Shown one piece after another: positions 28,618 through 37,591 of a stretch of 64,000 nucleotides of DNA. The stretch lies in assembly GCA_963836205.1 (NCBI GenBank), contig CAWIIV010000023.1, positions 103,385 to 167,384 on the forward strand. Reading direction: 5' to 3'. Below the pieces are notes generated by a model that was given only the letters and a program-made list of their open reading frames with translations, had not been told where the DNA came from and searched no databases. Every line of letters starts with the position of its first letter. The first letter of the stretch is position 1. Origin of the DNA: an uncultured Acidimicrobiia bacterium (GTDB lineage Bacteria > Actinomycetota > Acidimicrobiia > Acidimicrobiales > AC-14). The position numbers and the translations under genes are program-made.

Positions 28618-29294
28618 GTCCGTCCCACCTCGACACAGCCGTCGAAGTCGTAACCGAACAACTCCACGTCGGCGGGGAAGTTGTCGGCGACCAGTCGCTT
28701 CGTGCGTTCGTTGTAATAGGAGCGGTAATCCGCGTGGGGGGTGGCGTTGAGGTGGGGCAGGGACCCGTCGATCTTGAGCGTGTCGCAGACTTGCCGAAAA
28801 TCCTGGTCCAGCGTCTCGTACCGACCGACGAAATCGACGAGCAGCTCATTCTTCGAGTCGGCGAGGATCTCGCACTGCTGCTTGGGCGTGCCCATGGGAT
28901 ACGGATTCGGTGTCTGGATGACCCACTCCAGGTAGGGCTCGAAACCGCCCAGCTGCTTCACCGCCTCGTGCGTGGACGACGTGTCTTTTCTCAGAATGAA
29001 CTGATACATGGAAACCTGCCAATCCCACGGGTTGCGAACGAAGCCGAACTTGAAGAAGCTGTCGAACAGGTCGGAAGGCAACTCCTTCTTGGCGTCGCGC
29101 GCCTTGGCATGCAGCAGGAGAGACTCCCATACCTGGTACATCGGGTTGGGTTGGCCGTCCTTGGTGCGGGGTGGTCGCCGGATCTTGAACTTCTCGGGCT
29201 CCTCCGCGTAGGGCTCCAGCACGTGGCGGATGCTCAGCCCGGCTGTTTTCGAGACGTGGAAGAAGATGAACTGACGGCTAGGCGAAATCAGCAT
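28614..29294 (-). CDS. Sulfotransferase (family 2-like)
   Basis: FFHVSKTAGLSI (5'-PSB), FVRNPWDWQVSMY (3'-PB), VGRYETL, FGYDF. Confidence 0.88.
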   Translation of the reverse strand: MLISPSRQFIFFHVSKTAGLSIRHVLEPYAEEPEKFKIRRPPRTKDGQPNPMYQVWESLLLHAKARDAKKELPSDLFDSFFKFGFVRNPWDWQVSMYQFILRKDTSSTHEAVKQLGGFEPYLEWVIQTPNPYPMGTPKQQCEILADSKNELLVDFVGRYETLDQDFRQVCDTLKIDGSLPHLNATPHADYRSYYNERTKRLVADNFPADVELFGYDFDGCVEVGRT

Positions 29295-29297
29295 GGC

Positions 29298-30797
29298 TCA
29301 CACCCCCAGGCTGCTCGGCTCATGTCCCGCCGACCCGGGTTCCGTTCCGACGCCCGCCATCCTCACCAGCGCCTGCCGATCGATCTTGCCGCTCGCCAGC
29401 AGAGGGAGGTCGCCGACGACCATGAACGCGTCGGGGACCTCCCGTCGGGGCATGCGCTCGAGGCAGGCGGCACGGATCTCCTCCGCCTCGATGGCGGTGC
29501 CGTTGCTGGGAATGCAGAAGGCGGCCAGACCGACTCCGTATTCGCTCTCCCCGCTGGCCACGACGACGGCATTGTCGATCCCGGGAACGGTCCTGATCGA
29601 CGCCTCGATGTCGGCGAACATCACCAGCAGGCCGCTGCGCTTGACGGCGTGGTCGCTCCGACCCTGCACCTGGATACGGCCGTCGGGCCCGATCCGACCA
29701 AGGTCCTTCATCGGGAACCAGTCGCCGGCGACGGCCCGGGCGTCCGCTCGAACCACACCGTTCTCGTCGGCGTAGCCGCAGAAGCCGGAGGTGTGACGAC
29801 ACCAGAGCTCACCGACGTCGTTCGTCTCTCCCGGCGCTCCGTCCGCGCCGTCCGGTACGGGCCGCGGCCGCAGGCCGACCTCGACGTCGGCCAACGGCTT
29901 GCCCACCGTCTGCGACCGCGCCTCGGCCGGGTCGTCGGGACTCGACGCTGCGACCGCGCCCATCTCGGTGCTCCCGTAGAGCTGGACCATCGGTCCGTAT
30001 CGGGCCTCGTAGCTGGCGAAGGTGTCGCCGCGCAGCCGGTCGCCGGCCGTCACCGTGAGCTGGTACGGGCGAGAGTTTCTGCGCCCTTTGAGGAGCGAGT
30101 CACAGAACGTCGGCGTGAGAAAGGCCAGGTTCGGCTGGAACTCGCGCTCCCGGGCTATGAAGCCGAACACGTTGGCGCCGTTCTGGAGGTCGAGCGAGGC
30201 GCCCACGGCGGCGCCGGGGAGAAACGCCGCCCCCAGCCCGTACATGTGGGACAGCGGAACAGGGATCGCGACTCGGTCGGTGCTTTGCAGCTGGAAGCGC
30301 TCGATGCAGTTCAGCGCGTTCTGGCGCAGGCCTCGGTGCGTATGGACGGCCAGCTTCGGCGTCCCGGTGCTTCCCGACGTCCGGACGTAGAGCCGGGGCT
30401 CGTCGGCGCGCTCAGGCTCGCGATAGGCGACGTTCGGCACCAGCTCAAGGGAGTCCGAAGCCGTGAACCCGGTGAACACTGCCGGGCTGGCCGCGATCCG
30501 GTACGCGCAAAACGACAGGTCTTCGATGGGCGCCGCGCTGCATCCCCGCTGGGGTTTGGGCAGGAGCAGGAAGTCGTGGCCTTCCTCGAGGAGGAAGAGG
30601 AGGAGGAGCGCGCTCGGCAACGTGTTCTCGCACTCGAAGGCCAGGCAGGCATCCTGCTGGACGACGCCCTCCTCGAATCGGGCCCGCAGGTTGGCGAAGA
30701 CCTCGGGCAGCGCCGCGTAGGTGCACGAGCCCTTGCCGTCGGTCAGGACATTCGTCTCGACCTCGGAAGCGGCCGGTTCCTGGGCGATGAACTTCAC
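29298..30797 (-). CDS. AMP-dependent acyl ligase (class I adenylate-forming enzyme)
   Basis: TSGSTGTPK, YGSTEMG, KDLG, GRSD, LASGKIDR. Confidence 0.88.
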   Translation of the reverse strand: MKFIAQEPAASEVETNVLTDGKGSCTYAALPEVFANLRARFEEGVVQQDACLAFECENTLPSALLLLFLLEEGHDFLLLPKPQRGCSAAPIEDLSFCAYRIAASPAVFTGFTASDSLELVPNVAYREPERADEPRLYVRTSGSTGTPKLAVHTHRGLRQNALNCIERFQLQSTDRVAIPVPLSHMYGLGAAFLPGAAVGASLDLQNGANVFGFIAREREFQPNLAFLTPTFCDSLLKGRRNSRPYQLTVTAGDRLRGDTFASYEARYGPMVQLYGSTEMGAVAASSPDDPAEARSQTVGKPLADVEVGLRPRPVPDGADGAPGETNDVGELWCRHTSGFCGYADENGVVRADARAVAGDWFPMKDLGRIGPDGRIQVQGRSDHAVKRSGLLVMFADIEASIRTVPGIDNAVVVASGESEYGVGLAAFCIPSNGTAIEAEEIRAACLERMPRREVPDAFMVVGDLPLLASGKIDRQALVRMAGVGTEPGSAGHEPSSLGV

Positions 30798-32056
30798 GGC
30801 GCGGCGCTGACGGGTTCGGGGTGGTCGACCGGATCGACCGGAGGGGGCGGGAAATACCCGACCCGCTGCCAATGGGCGATGTACTTGCCCATCAGCGACG
30901 GCTCGGCGGGCGGGCAGACGATGTCGGTGCCGGCCAATCCCGCCTGCGTGTGGCTCGTGTCCATCGGCGGGCGCGGATAGAGCAGGTAATGCTGCGCCTG
31001 CAGGACCATCAGCAGGCCCAGGTAGAAAGGCTTGTCGTCGGACTGCGAAGCCCGCAACCTGACCTCTTGCCGCCACGCAGGATAGGAAAGCTCCTCCAAG
31101 CCGTAGCCGAAGGAACGGACCGTGGCCATGAGCTCCTGCCAGGGCATGGCCCGGGGCGTCAGGAGGTGGAACGCCTGCCCAGGGGAGCCCTCCTGGCGGG
31201 AGAGGTGGACGATGGCCCGGCTGATGTAGTCGACGGGCGCCAACGTGACGTCGACGTCGAGCGCTGGACAGGAGCCCATCTGCACGCAGGCCTTCAAGAC
31301 CAGCGGCAGGATGTCGTGCATCTCGTTCATCTTGCCGGTTTGGCTGTGGCCCGTGACCCGCACGCAGCGATAGATCGAGGCTGGCAGTCCCCGCTCCTGC
31401 GCCGACCGCACCATGCGCTCGGCGACCCACTTGCTCTGGGCGTAGCCGCCTTTGAGGGTGGGGTCGAGGGCGGGGATGGTGTCTTCGTTGAGCGAGTCGA
31501 CTCCCACATGGGCGCCGGTGAAGAGGAGGGCGAGCGTCGAAAGGTATTGCACGGACTTCGTCGTGCCGATACTGGCGAGACGCAGGATCTCCTCGGTGCC
31601 GGTGACATTGGTGGCCTTCAACCGGCCATACGGATACAGCGCGTTGGTGGACCCGGCGCTGTGGTAGATCACATCGATCTGGCCGGCCAGGCTGTCGAAC
31701 GCTTCCTCGCTCAGACCGAGGCGGGGCTGGGTGAGGTCGCCGACGACCGGGTGGATCCGGTCGGCGTACTCCTCCCGCCAAAGCTCATAGCTCTGGAGGT
31801 GGTCGGCCAATCGCAGTCGAGCGGCGTCGTGATGGTCGGCCCGAATGAGGCAGAAGACGTCGGCCCCCGTCGTCCGCAGCAGCTCTTCCAGCAGGAACGC
31901 GCCGACGAACCCGGTGGCGCCGGTGAGGAACACCCCTTGTGGTCCCGTCGTGGGGGCGCCGGTGGATGGCAGAGCGTCGTAAGTGATCGTGGGGTCGAGG
32001 AGCGCCTCTGCCTCGAGGTCAAGCATGCTCGTCCAGGGCGCGGTGGTCGGTCTCAT
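30794..32056 (-). CDS. Stand-alone thioester reductase (R) domain protein
   Basis: VFLTGATGFVG, GDLTQPRLGL, YHSAG, NVTGT, GYAQSKWVAE, PVDY. Confidence 0.92.
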   Translation of the reverse strand: MRPTTAPWTSMLDLEAEALLDPTITYDALPSTGAPTTGPQGVFLTGATGFVGAFLLEELLRTTGADVFCLIRADHHDAARLRLADHLQSYELWREEYADRIHPVVGDLTQPRLGLSEEAFDSLAGQIDVIYHSAGSTNALYPYGRLKATNVTGTEEILRLASIGTTKSVQYLSTLALLFTGAHVGVDSLNEDTIPALDPTLKGGYAQSKWVAERMVRSAQERGLPASIYRCVRVTGHSQTGKMNEMHDILPLVLKACVQMGSCPALDVDVTLAPVDYISRAIVHLSRQEGSPGQAFHLLTPRAMPWQELMATVRSFGYGLEELSYPAWRQEVRLRASQSDDKPFYLGLLMVLQAQHYLLYPRPPMDTSHTQAGLAGTDIVCPPAEPSLMGKYIAHWQRVGYFPPPPVDPVDHPEPVSAAP

Positions 32057-32068
32057 CGGGCCCCACCC

Positions 32069-32323
32069 TCACCCGCTCGAGAGCCGGCCGGCGATGAAAT
32101 CGGCGAGGAAGCGAATGGTGGAGAAGGTTTCCATGTTGAGGTCTTCCTCCTCGAAGGTGAACGAAAAGCGTTCCTCGATCATGCTGATGAGGCTGACCAC
32201 GACGATCGAATCGAGGCCCAGGTCCTCGACGATCGATGCGCCGTCGTGAAGCTGTTCGGACGTCAGATTGGGATTGAGCTCAAGGATGAGGCTCTTGAGT
32301 TGTTCGATGACCGGCTCCACCAT
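32069..32323 (-). CDS. Acyl carrier protein
   Basis: EDLGLDSI phosphopantetheine motif, 84 aa acidic. Confidence 0.9.
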   Translation of the reverse strand: MVEPVIEQLKSLILELNPNLTSEQLHDGASIVEDLGLDSIVVVSLISMIEERFSFTFEEEDLNMETFSTIRFLADFIAGRLSSG

Positions 32324-33020
32324 GTGCGGTTCTCCCACGCTCAATCTCGGGCGACATTCCTGGGCAATGCTGTGCGCGACACTCCGCGTCGACCTACCGG
32401 CTATGGAGCTACGACGCGGAAGACAGTCTGTCCCGCTCAGAGCGCTACTCATCCACCATTTCGACGTGCGATGCGACTCCGATCGACGACTCGACGGTCC
32501 CTCGCCGGGGTGTCCTCGGCCGGTGACGCGGGTCGCGTAGCAGGCAGCGCATCGCTCCTCCCCGCCAAGGGGTCGTGTCACCAGTCGGGTCCAGAATACC
32601 ATCACGGTTTGGCGGTCAGCACCGCTCGATACCGACCGGGAGGAAGGTGTCGAACGCACTGCCAAAGTACACCCACGGTGGGGGATTCGAGCCCGATGCG
32701 TAGCTCGCCCGCAGGTTGTCCAGGCATCCCGCCGGACTCTCGACCCATCTGTCGCGTGTTCGCACCCCTCCGGCCGCGGTCGGTGCCGGACTGCGGGTCA
32801 ACGGCACTTTCGAGGCCGGGGGGGTAGAGGCAGCCGGCCGATGACGGTTACCATCACGGTGTCGGATTGCGTGCCGGCCGGTTTGGCCGCGGGATGGGTC
32901 GCCGGCACGTGGTCCAGTGGCGTCCACCGGTGTGCCGGATGGGCGCCTCCCCAAGAGTTGGACGACCGACATTCGATCGTATGGGAGTTGTAACACCAGA
33001 ACCTCGGAGGCAGGACGCTT

Positions 33021-34607
33021 ATGGAATCCCTCAATATTGGTGTCGTAGGGTCCGGCATGTCCGGGCTGGTCGCGATCAAAGAGCTCCTCGACGAAGGCCA
33101 TCGCGTCACCTGCTTCGAGCGGGCTCCGACGGAGGGCGGCAACTTCAACTATCCGGTAGGGGCCGCCTACGACTCGATGGATCTCACGGTGTCGCAGTAC
33201 CATATGGCGTTCTCCTGTTTTCCGCCGCCATTCGGCGACAAACGCCGCTTCTGGAGTCGGGAAGAATACGCCAAGTACTTGCACGACTTTGCCAACAACT
33301 TCGGGCTCTTCAAGCACATCAAGTTCAACACCGAAGTCTTGAACATTCGGGGCGACGCCGGCAACACCCAGTTCCACGTCACCACCAAGGACAAGGAAAC
33401 GGGCGCGGTCACCGACACCGTCTTCGACGCGGTGGCCATCTGCTCCGGAGCCCATGCCACCCACATCCCGCAACTCCCCCAGTTCGAGGGTTCCGAGACC
33501 TTTGCCGGCACGATCGAGCATTCGGTGCACTACCGCAGCCCGGAGCCCTACCGGGGCAAGAACGTCGTCTGCGTGGGGTTCGGCGAAACGGCTGCTGACG
33601 TCACCTGCCAGATCGCCGAGGTCGCGGCCTCCTGTTGGGCCACCTTCCGCCGCTATCCGGCAGTGATCAAGCGCTGGTACGGGGAACACACCCACGACGC
33701 CTACGCCACGCGCATTCATGGCTATCTGCCCCGTTTCGTGCTCAACCGGATGTTCGTGCAGGACGCGGAGCGAACGCTGGCCGCGCCGCCGGAGGAGACC
33801 GATCCCGGGGATCGGCTGCTCGCGGAATGGACGGTCAAGGGTGGCACCCCCGCCCATCAACCACTGGAGAAGAACGACAACTTCCTCGCCGCCGTGTTCG
33901 AGGGCAAATTGCAGATCAAGCCGGTGGGGATCGAGCGTCTCGACGGCGACAGCGTCGTCTTCACCGATGGCAGCCGGGTCAAGGCCGACGTGCTGATGTG
34001 CTGCACCGGCTACGACGAGGGGAGGCCGCCGACGCTGCTCGAGGGCTACGACGTTCCCAACGTCAGGCAGCTCTACAAGCACGTCTTCGATCCCGACCTC
34101 GGGCCGCGCGTGGCCTTCATCGGGTGGGCTCGGCCTGCGCAAGGCGGCATTCCTGCATGCTCCGAGATGCAGAGTCGCTATTTCGCCCTTCTCTGCAGCG
34201 GGAAGCGGACGCTGCCGGGGAAGACCGAACTGCTGGAGTTGATCGCGCGGGATCGCGACTTCGAGGAGCGGTCGTATTACGCCCGGAAGTACCAGGGGAC
34301 GATCGTGAGCTACACGCCCTACATGGATGGCGTCGCCGAGCTCATCGACTGCCGTCCCCGACTGCGGGACTATCTCTTCAATCCACGGATGTTCTATCAC
34401 CTCATTTGTGGGGCAAACATTCCCACCGCCTATCGACTACGCGGCCCCCACGCCACTCCGGAAGTCGCCGAACGTGTCCTGTTGAGCCTGCCGATCGCGC
34501 ACACCGTGCCCGAGCTGGCGACGCTCAGCTACCTGCACGTCCTGTACCGACTCGGCGTCCTGAAGGAGCCGGAAGAGGCCCGCACCTACGAGGACGCGAC
34601 CGTCTGA
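33021..34607 (+). CDS. Flavin-containing monooxygenase (FMO-like)
   Basis: GSGMSGL, FAGTIEHSVHY (FMO motif), GFGETAAD, CTGY; RBS GGAGG. Confidence 0.92.
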   Translation: MESLNIGVVGSGMSGLVAIKELLDEGHRVTCFERAPTEGGNFNYPVGAAYDSMDLTVSQYHMAFSCFPPPFGDKRRFWSREEYAKYLHDFANNFGLFKHIKFNTEVLNIRGDAGNTQFHVTTKDKETGAVTDTVFDAVAICSGAHATHIPQLPQFEGSETFAGTIEHSVHYRSPEPYRGKNVVCVGFGETAADVTCQIAEVAASCWATFRRYPAVIKRWYGEHTHDAYATRIHGYLPRFVLNRMFVQDAERTLAAPPEETDPGDRLLAEWTVKGGTPAHQPLEKNDNFLAAVFEGKLQIKPVGIERLDGDSVVFTDGSRVKADVLMCCTGYDEGRPPTLLEGYDVPNVRQLYKHVFDPDLGPRVAFIGWARPAQGGIPACSEMQSRYFALLCSGKRTLPGKTELLELIARDRDFEERSYYARKYQGTIVSYTPYMDGVAELIDCRPRLRDYLFNPRMFYHLICGANIPTAYRLRGPHATPEVAERVLLSLPIAHTVPELATLSYLHVLYRLGVLKEPEEARTYEDATV

Positions 34608-34690
34608 GTCGCCGGGGAATCGGTCTGAGGACCTCTGGCCCGCACCGGTATCGCGCCCGACCCGCGGCTGCCCGCGGCCGCGATGCCGTC

Positions 34691-37132
34691 TCATTTGGTG
34701 GCGGAGCGAACCTGGTTTCCGTTGCTTCCGGAGCTCGAACCGGTCGGCTGACGTTCGTCACGCATCGGCGCACCGTTCTGCGGAGACGATGACTCGCCGA
34801 CGCTCGCCGGGCGGGCGGCGTCACCGCCGTTTCCTGATCCCAACCGCTCATCGTCGGAGGCCTCGGATTCGTCAGGCGACGGCGGGACCTGTGGTTCGAT
34901 GTCGGCGTCGGCGTCGGCGTCGGCGTCGAGTGCCGGCCCGATCTCGGCCCGGGCGACCGGCTGCGACGGCGGCTGGAGGGTGTGGGCGTCGCCCGGGGTG
35001 CGGTGGTGCCACAGCGGGAGGTGGGCGATTCCCAGGCCGGCGACGAGCCCAGCCGTCCACATGACGGTGCCGCCGACGATCCCGACGACCCCGAGCATGG
35101 CTCCGGCGATGACGATGACGCCCTGCCCCACGGCGACGGCGAAGCCAGCCCTCATGTTGCTGTTGAACTCGTCCCCCAGCTCGAACATGAACGGCAGCAG
35201 GCGCAGGCCCTGGCCCATCAACACGATTTGGGCCGAGTCGGTCGCCGCCGTCGATGCCCCTCGGAGCGAGACTGAGACGTTCGCTTTCTTGAGCGAGATG
35301 GAGTCGTTGATCCCGTCGCCGACGAAGCACACGGAGTGCCCCTCCGCCTGCAGCTCGGCGACGAGCGTCGCCTTCTGCTCGGGCAGGGTGTTGGCGAAAT
35401 ACCGGGTGATCCCCAACTCCTCCGCCATCCTTCGGGTGGGCTCCTCCTGGTCACCGGAGATGATGCAGATGTCGAGGTTCCGCCTCCGCAGCGCCCGCAC
35501 GATGTCGACGACCTCTGCCCGCAGGCTGGGCTCGAGCTCGATGGCGCCGACCAGCTGATCGTCGACCGCCACCATGACCAGGGCGTTGCCGCCTTCCTGG
35601 ACCGCCTTGACGACCTCCTCGATGGAGCCGGGAACGGAGATGTCCTCCATCTCCATGTAGCGCCCGCTTCCGACGCGGATCAGGCGGCCGTCGAGGCGCA
35701 CCCGGAGGCCGAAGCCGACCTCGTAGTGGGCGTCGTCGACCGACGGCACCGACAGGCCTCGATCGCTGGCCGAGTCCAGAATGGCCCGGGCGATGGGGTG
35801 CGTCTGCCGGTGCTCCGCGGCCGCGGCGTAGGCCAACACCGTGTCCTCGTCCAGGTCGGCGCAGATGTGGACCTGGGCGATCTGCGGCTGCTCCATGGTC
35901 AATGTCCCCGTCTTGTCGAAGACGACGAGGTCGACGTCGGACAGGAGCTCCAGCGACCGGCCGTCCTTGACCAGGATCCCGTGGTTGGCCGCCACGTTGA
36001 GGAAGTTGAGCATCGATATCGGCGCGGTGATCTTGATGTTCAGACCGACCGACGACCCGAGAATGGCGACCGAGAAACGGTACCCGGAGAGGGGAAGCGC
36101 GATCAGGGCCAAGGCCATGGTTGGGGGCACCGACCGGTCGGCCACCTGCTGGCCCTTGGAGACGATGCTGGCCTGGTAGGACGCGGTTTCCTTCAGCATG
36201 TTGCCGATTTGGGCGACCATCGTCGCCTCACCGGTCTGCTCGACGCGGACGAACACCTTGCCGCCCACCATCATGGTGGAGGTCAGCACCTTGTCGCCTT
36301 CGCCCTTCTCCACCGGCTGGGATTCGCCGGTCAGGGCGTGTTGGTCGACCGTCGCCACCCCGTCGACGATGACGCCGTCGACCGGGATCACCTGCCCGGC
36401 CTGGATGACCACGATGTCGCCGGCCTCGACATTTTCGATCGGGACCTCGACCTCGACCTCGCCGGCCAGGAGCCAGACGGTGCGCGGTTGCTCGCCGAAG
36501 ACCGCGATGAGGGTGCTCTGCGAGCGATCCTGGGTGATCAGCACGAGCTTCTCGCTCAGGAACCACACGAGCATGCCGAACGTCCCGGGGAGGAAGTAGC
36601 CGCCCATGAACGCGCCGATGACGTACACCGATCCCATGACCCGCATGTCGAGCTTCCGCTCGTCGACAAGGGACTTGTAGGCCCTCCGGAAGAGTCGCAG
36701 GGCGCAGTACCCGGAGGAACCGAGCGTCACGATCAGCGCCGCCGGGTAGACCAGACCGACCGCCGCCGAACCCATGCCCACCAGGGCGGCACCGATGTAG
36801 CGGTTGACGTTCTGCTCGTACTCGCTGACCACCAGTTCTCCGGTGGTGAGCTCGGTCACGTGCTCGCGTCGGGTTCGGCTGAGGATCGGGTCGACCTTCT
36901 CCGCCATGAAGCGCTGGAACTGGGTGTCGAGCGTCGTCTTGGAGGGCTCGGACTCGGACTCGGACTCGGACTCGGGATCCGCCTCCTCGCTCTCCGCCGA
37001 CGCCTCGTGCATCTCGAGGTAGGCCTCCCGGACGAGCGTCTTGAGCTCCTCTTGGAGTTTGCCGGGATGGTCGCGGACCCATTGCCTGGCCGCGGCAACG
37101 GCGGTCCCGCCGGCAGCCAGGATCAGCAGCAT
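34691..37132 (-). CDS. P1B-type (heavy-metal-like) P-type ATPase lacking CPx motif
   Basis: TGES, DKTGTLT, THPIA, SGD, GDGIND; the TM segment before DKTGT reads GSSVGLNIKITAP. Confidence 0.9.
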   Translation of the reverse strand: MLLILAAGGTAVAAARQWVRDHPGKLQEELKTLVREAYLEMHEASAESEEADPESESESESEPSKTTLDTQFQRFMAEKVDPILSRTRREHVTELTTGELVVSEYEQNVNRYIGAALVGMGSAAVGLVYPAALIVTLGSSGYCALRLFRRAYKSLVDERKLDMRVMGSVYVIGAFMGGYFLPGTFGMLVWFLSEKLVLITQDRSQSTLIAVFGEQPRTVWLLAGEVEVEVPIENVEAGDIVVIQAGQVIPVDGVIVDGVATVDQHALTGESQPVEKGEGDKVLTSTMMVGGKVFVRVEQTGEATMVAQIGNMLKETASYQASIVSKGQQVADRSVPPTMALALIALPLSGYRFSVAILGSSVGLNIKITAPISMLNFLNVAANHGILVKDGRSLELLSDVDLVVFDKTGTLTMEQPQIAQVHICADLDEDTVLAYAAAAEHRQTHPIARAILDSASDRGLSVPSVDDAHYEVGFGLRVRLDGRLIRVGSGRYMEMEDISVPGSIEEVVKAVQEGGNALVMVAVDDQLVGAIELEPSLRAEVVDIVRALRRRNLDICIISGDQEEPTRRMAEELGITRYFANTLPEQKATLVAELQAEGHSVCFVGDGINDSISLKKANVSVSLRGASTAATDSAQIVLMGQGLRLLPFMFELGDEFNSNMRAGFAVAVGQGVIVIAGAMLGVVGIVGGTVMWTAGLVAGLGIAHLPLWHHRTPGDAHTLQPPSQPVARAEIGPALDADADADADIEPQVPPSPDESEASDDERLGSGNGGDAARPASVGESSSPQNGAPMRDERQPTGSSSGSNGNQVRSATK

Positions 37133-37591
37133 CCGTTCCTCCCTACCCGGCCCGCTCGGCCAGGACTGCTAAGCAACATCTTCCCGCATCGCCACCGAGG
37201 TCGCGACCCGTTGTGGAGCGACGCCCGTCTTGGCGGAGCGCCGCCGAGGGCTCGTGACCGCCAGGATCGGGCCGCGGCAAGCCGGAAGCCCCCGCGAAGT
37301 GCTCAGTCTGCCTCAAGTCGATCTCTTCAGCGCACGCGCTTCCCAACCGGTCTGGACATTTGATCGTCATGGAACCGACCGTGCGCAGGCATCCCGACGA
37401 CCGGCCGACGGGCTGGCGGGCTGTGTTCGGAGACCAAAGAGCTGAACGTGGTCTGGCGCGACGCCGCGATTTCGGCGGACGTCAGATTTGCACCAGCACC
37501 GCACACACCGTTCTCGAGCAAGCTCGGGTGCCAACGCCACCGCTCGACTAGCGTCCTGCACTTCAGCAAGGTCCTGAGCGAGGAGGCCGAG

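Noticed and set aside
32324-33020. Riboswitch or ncRNA in the long ACP-FMO intergenic region (also 39482-40123 and 40331-40857)
   Set aside because: No recognisable conserved RNA motif; an Rfam/Infernal search would be needed
36947-36975. CTCGGA hexamer run (also TCGGCG run near 34905)
   Set aside because: Low-complexity ES/DA coding tracts in the ATPase
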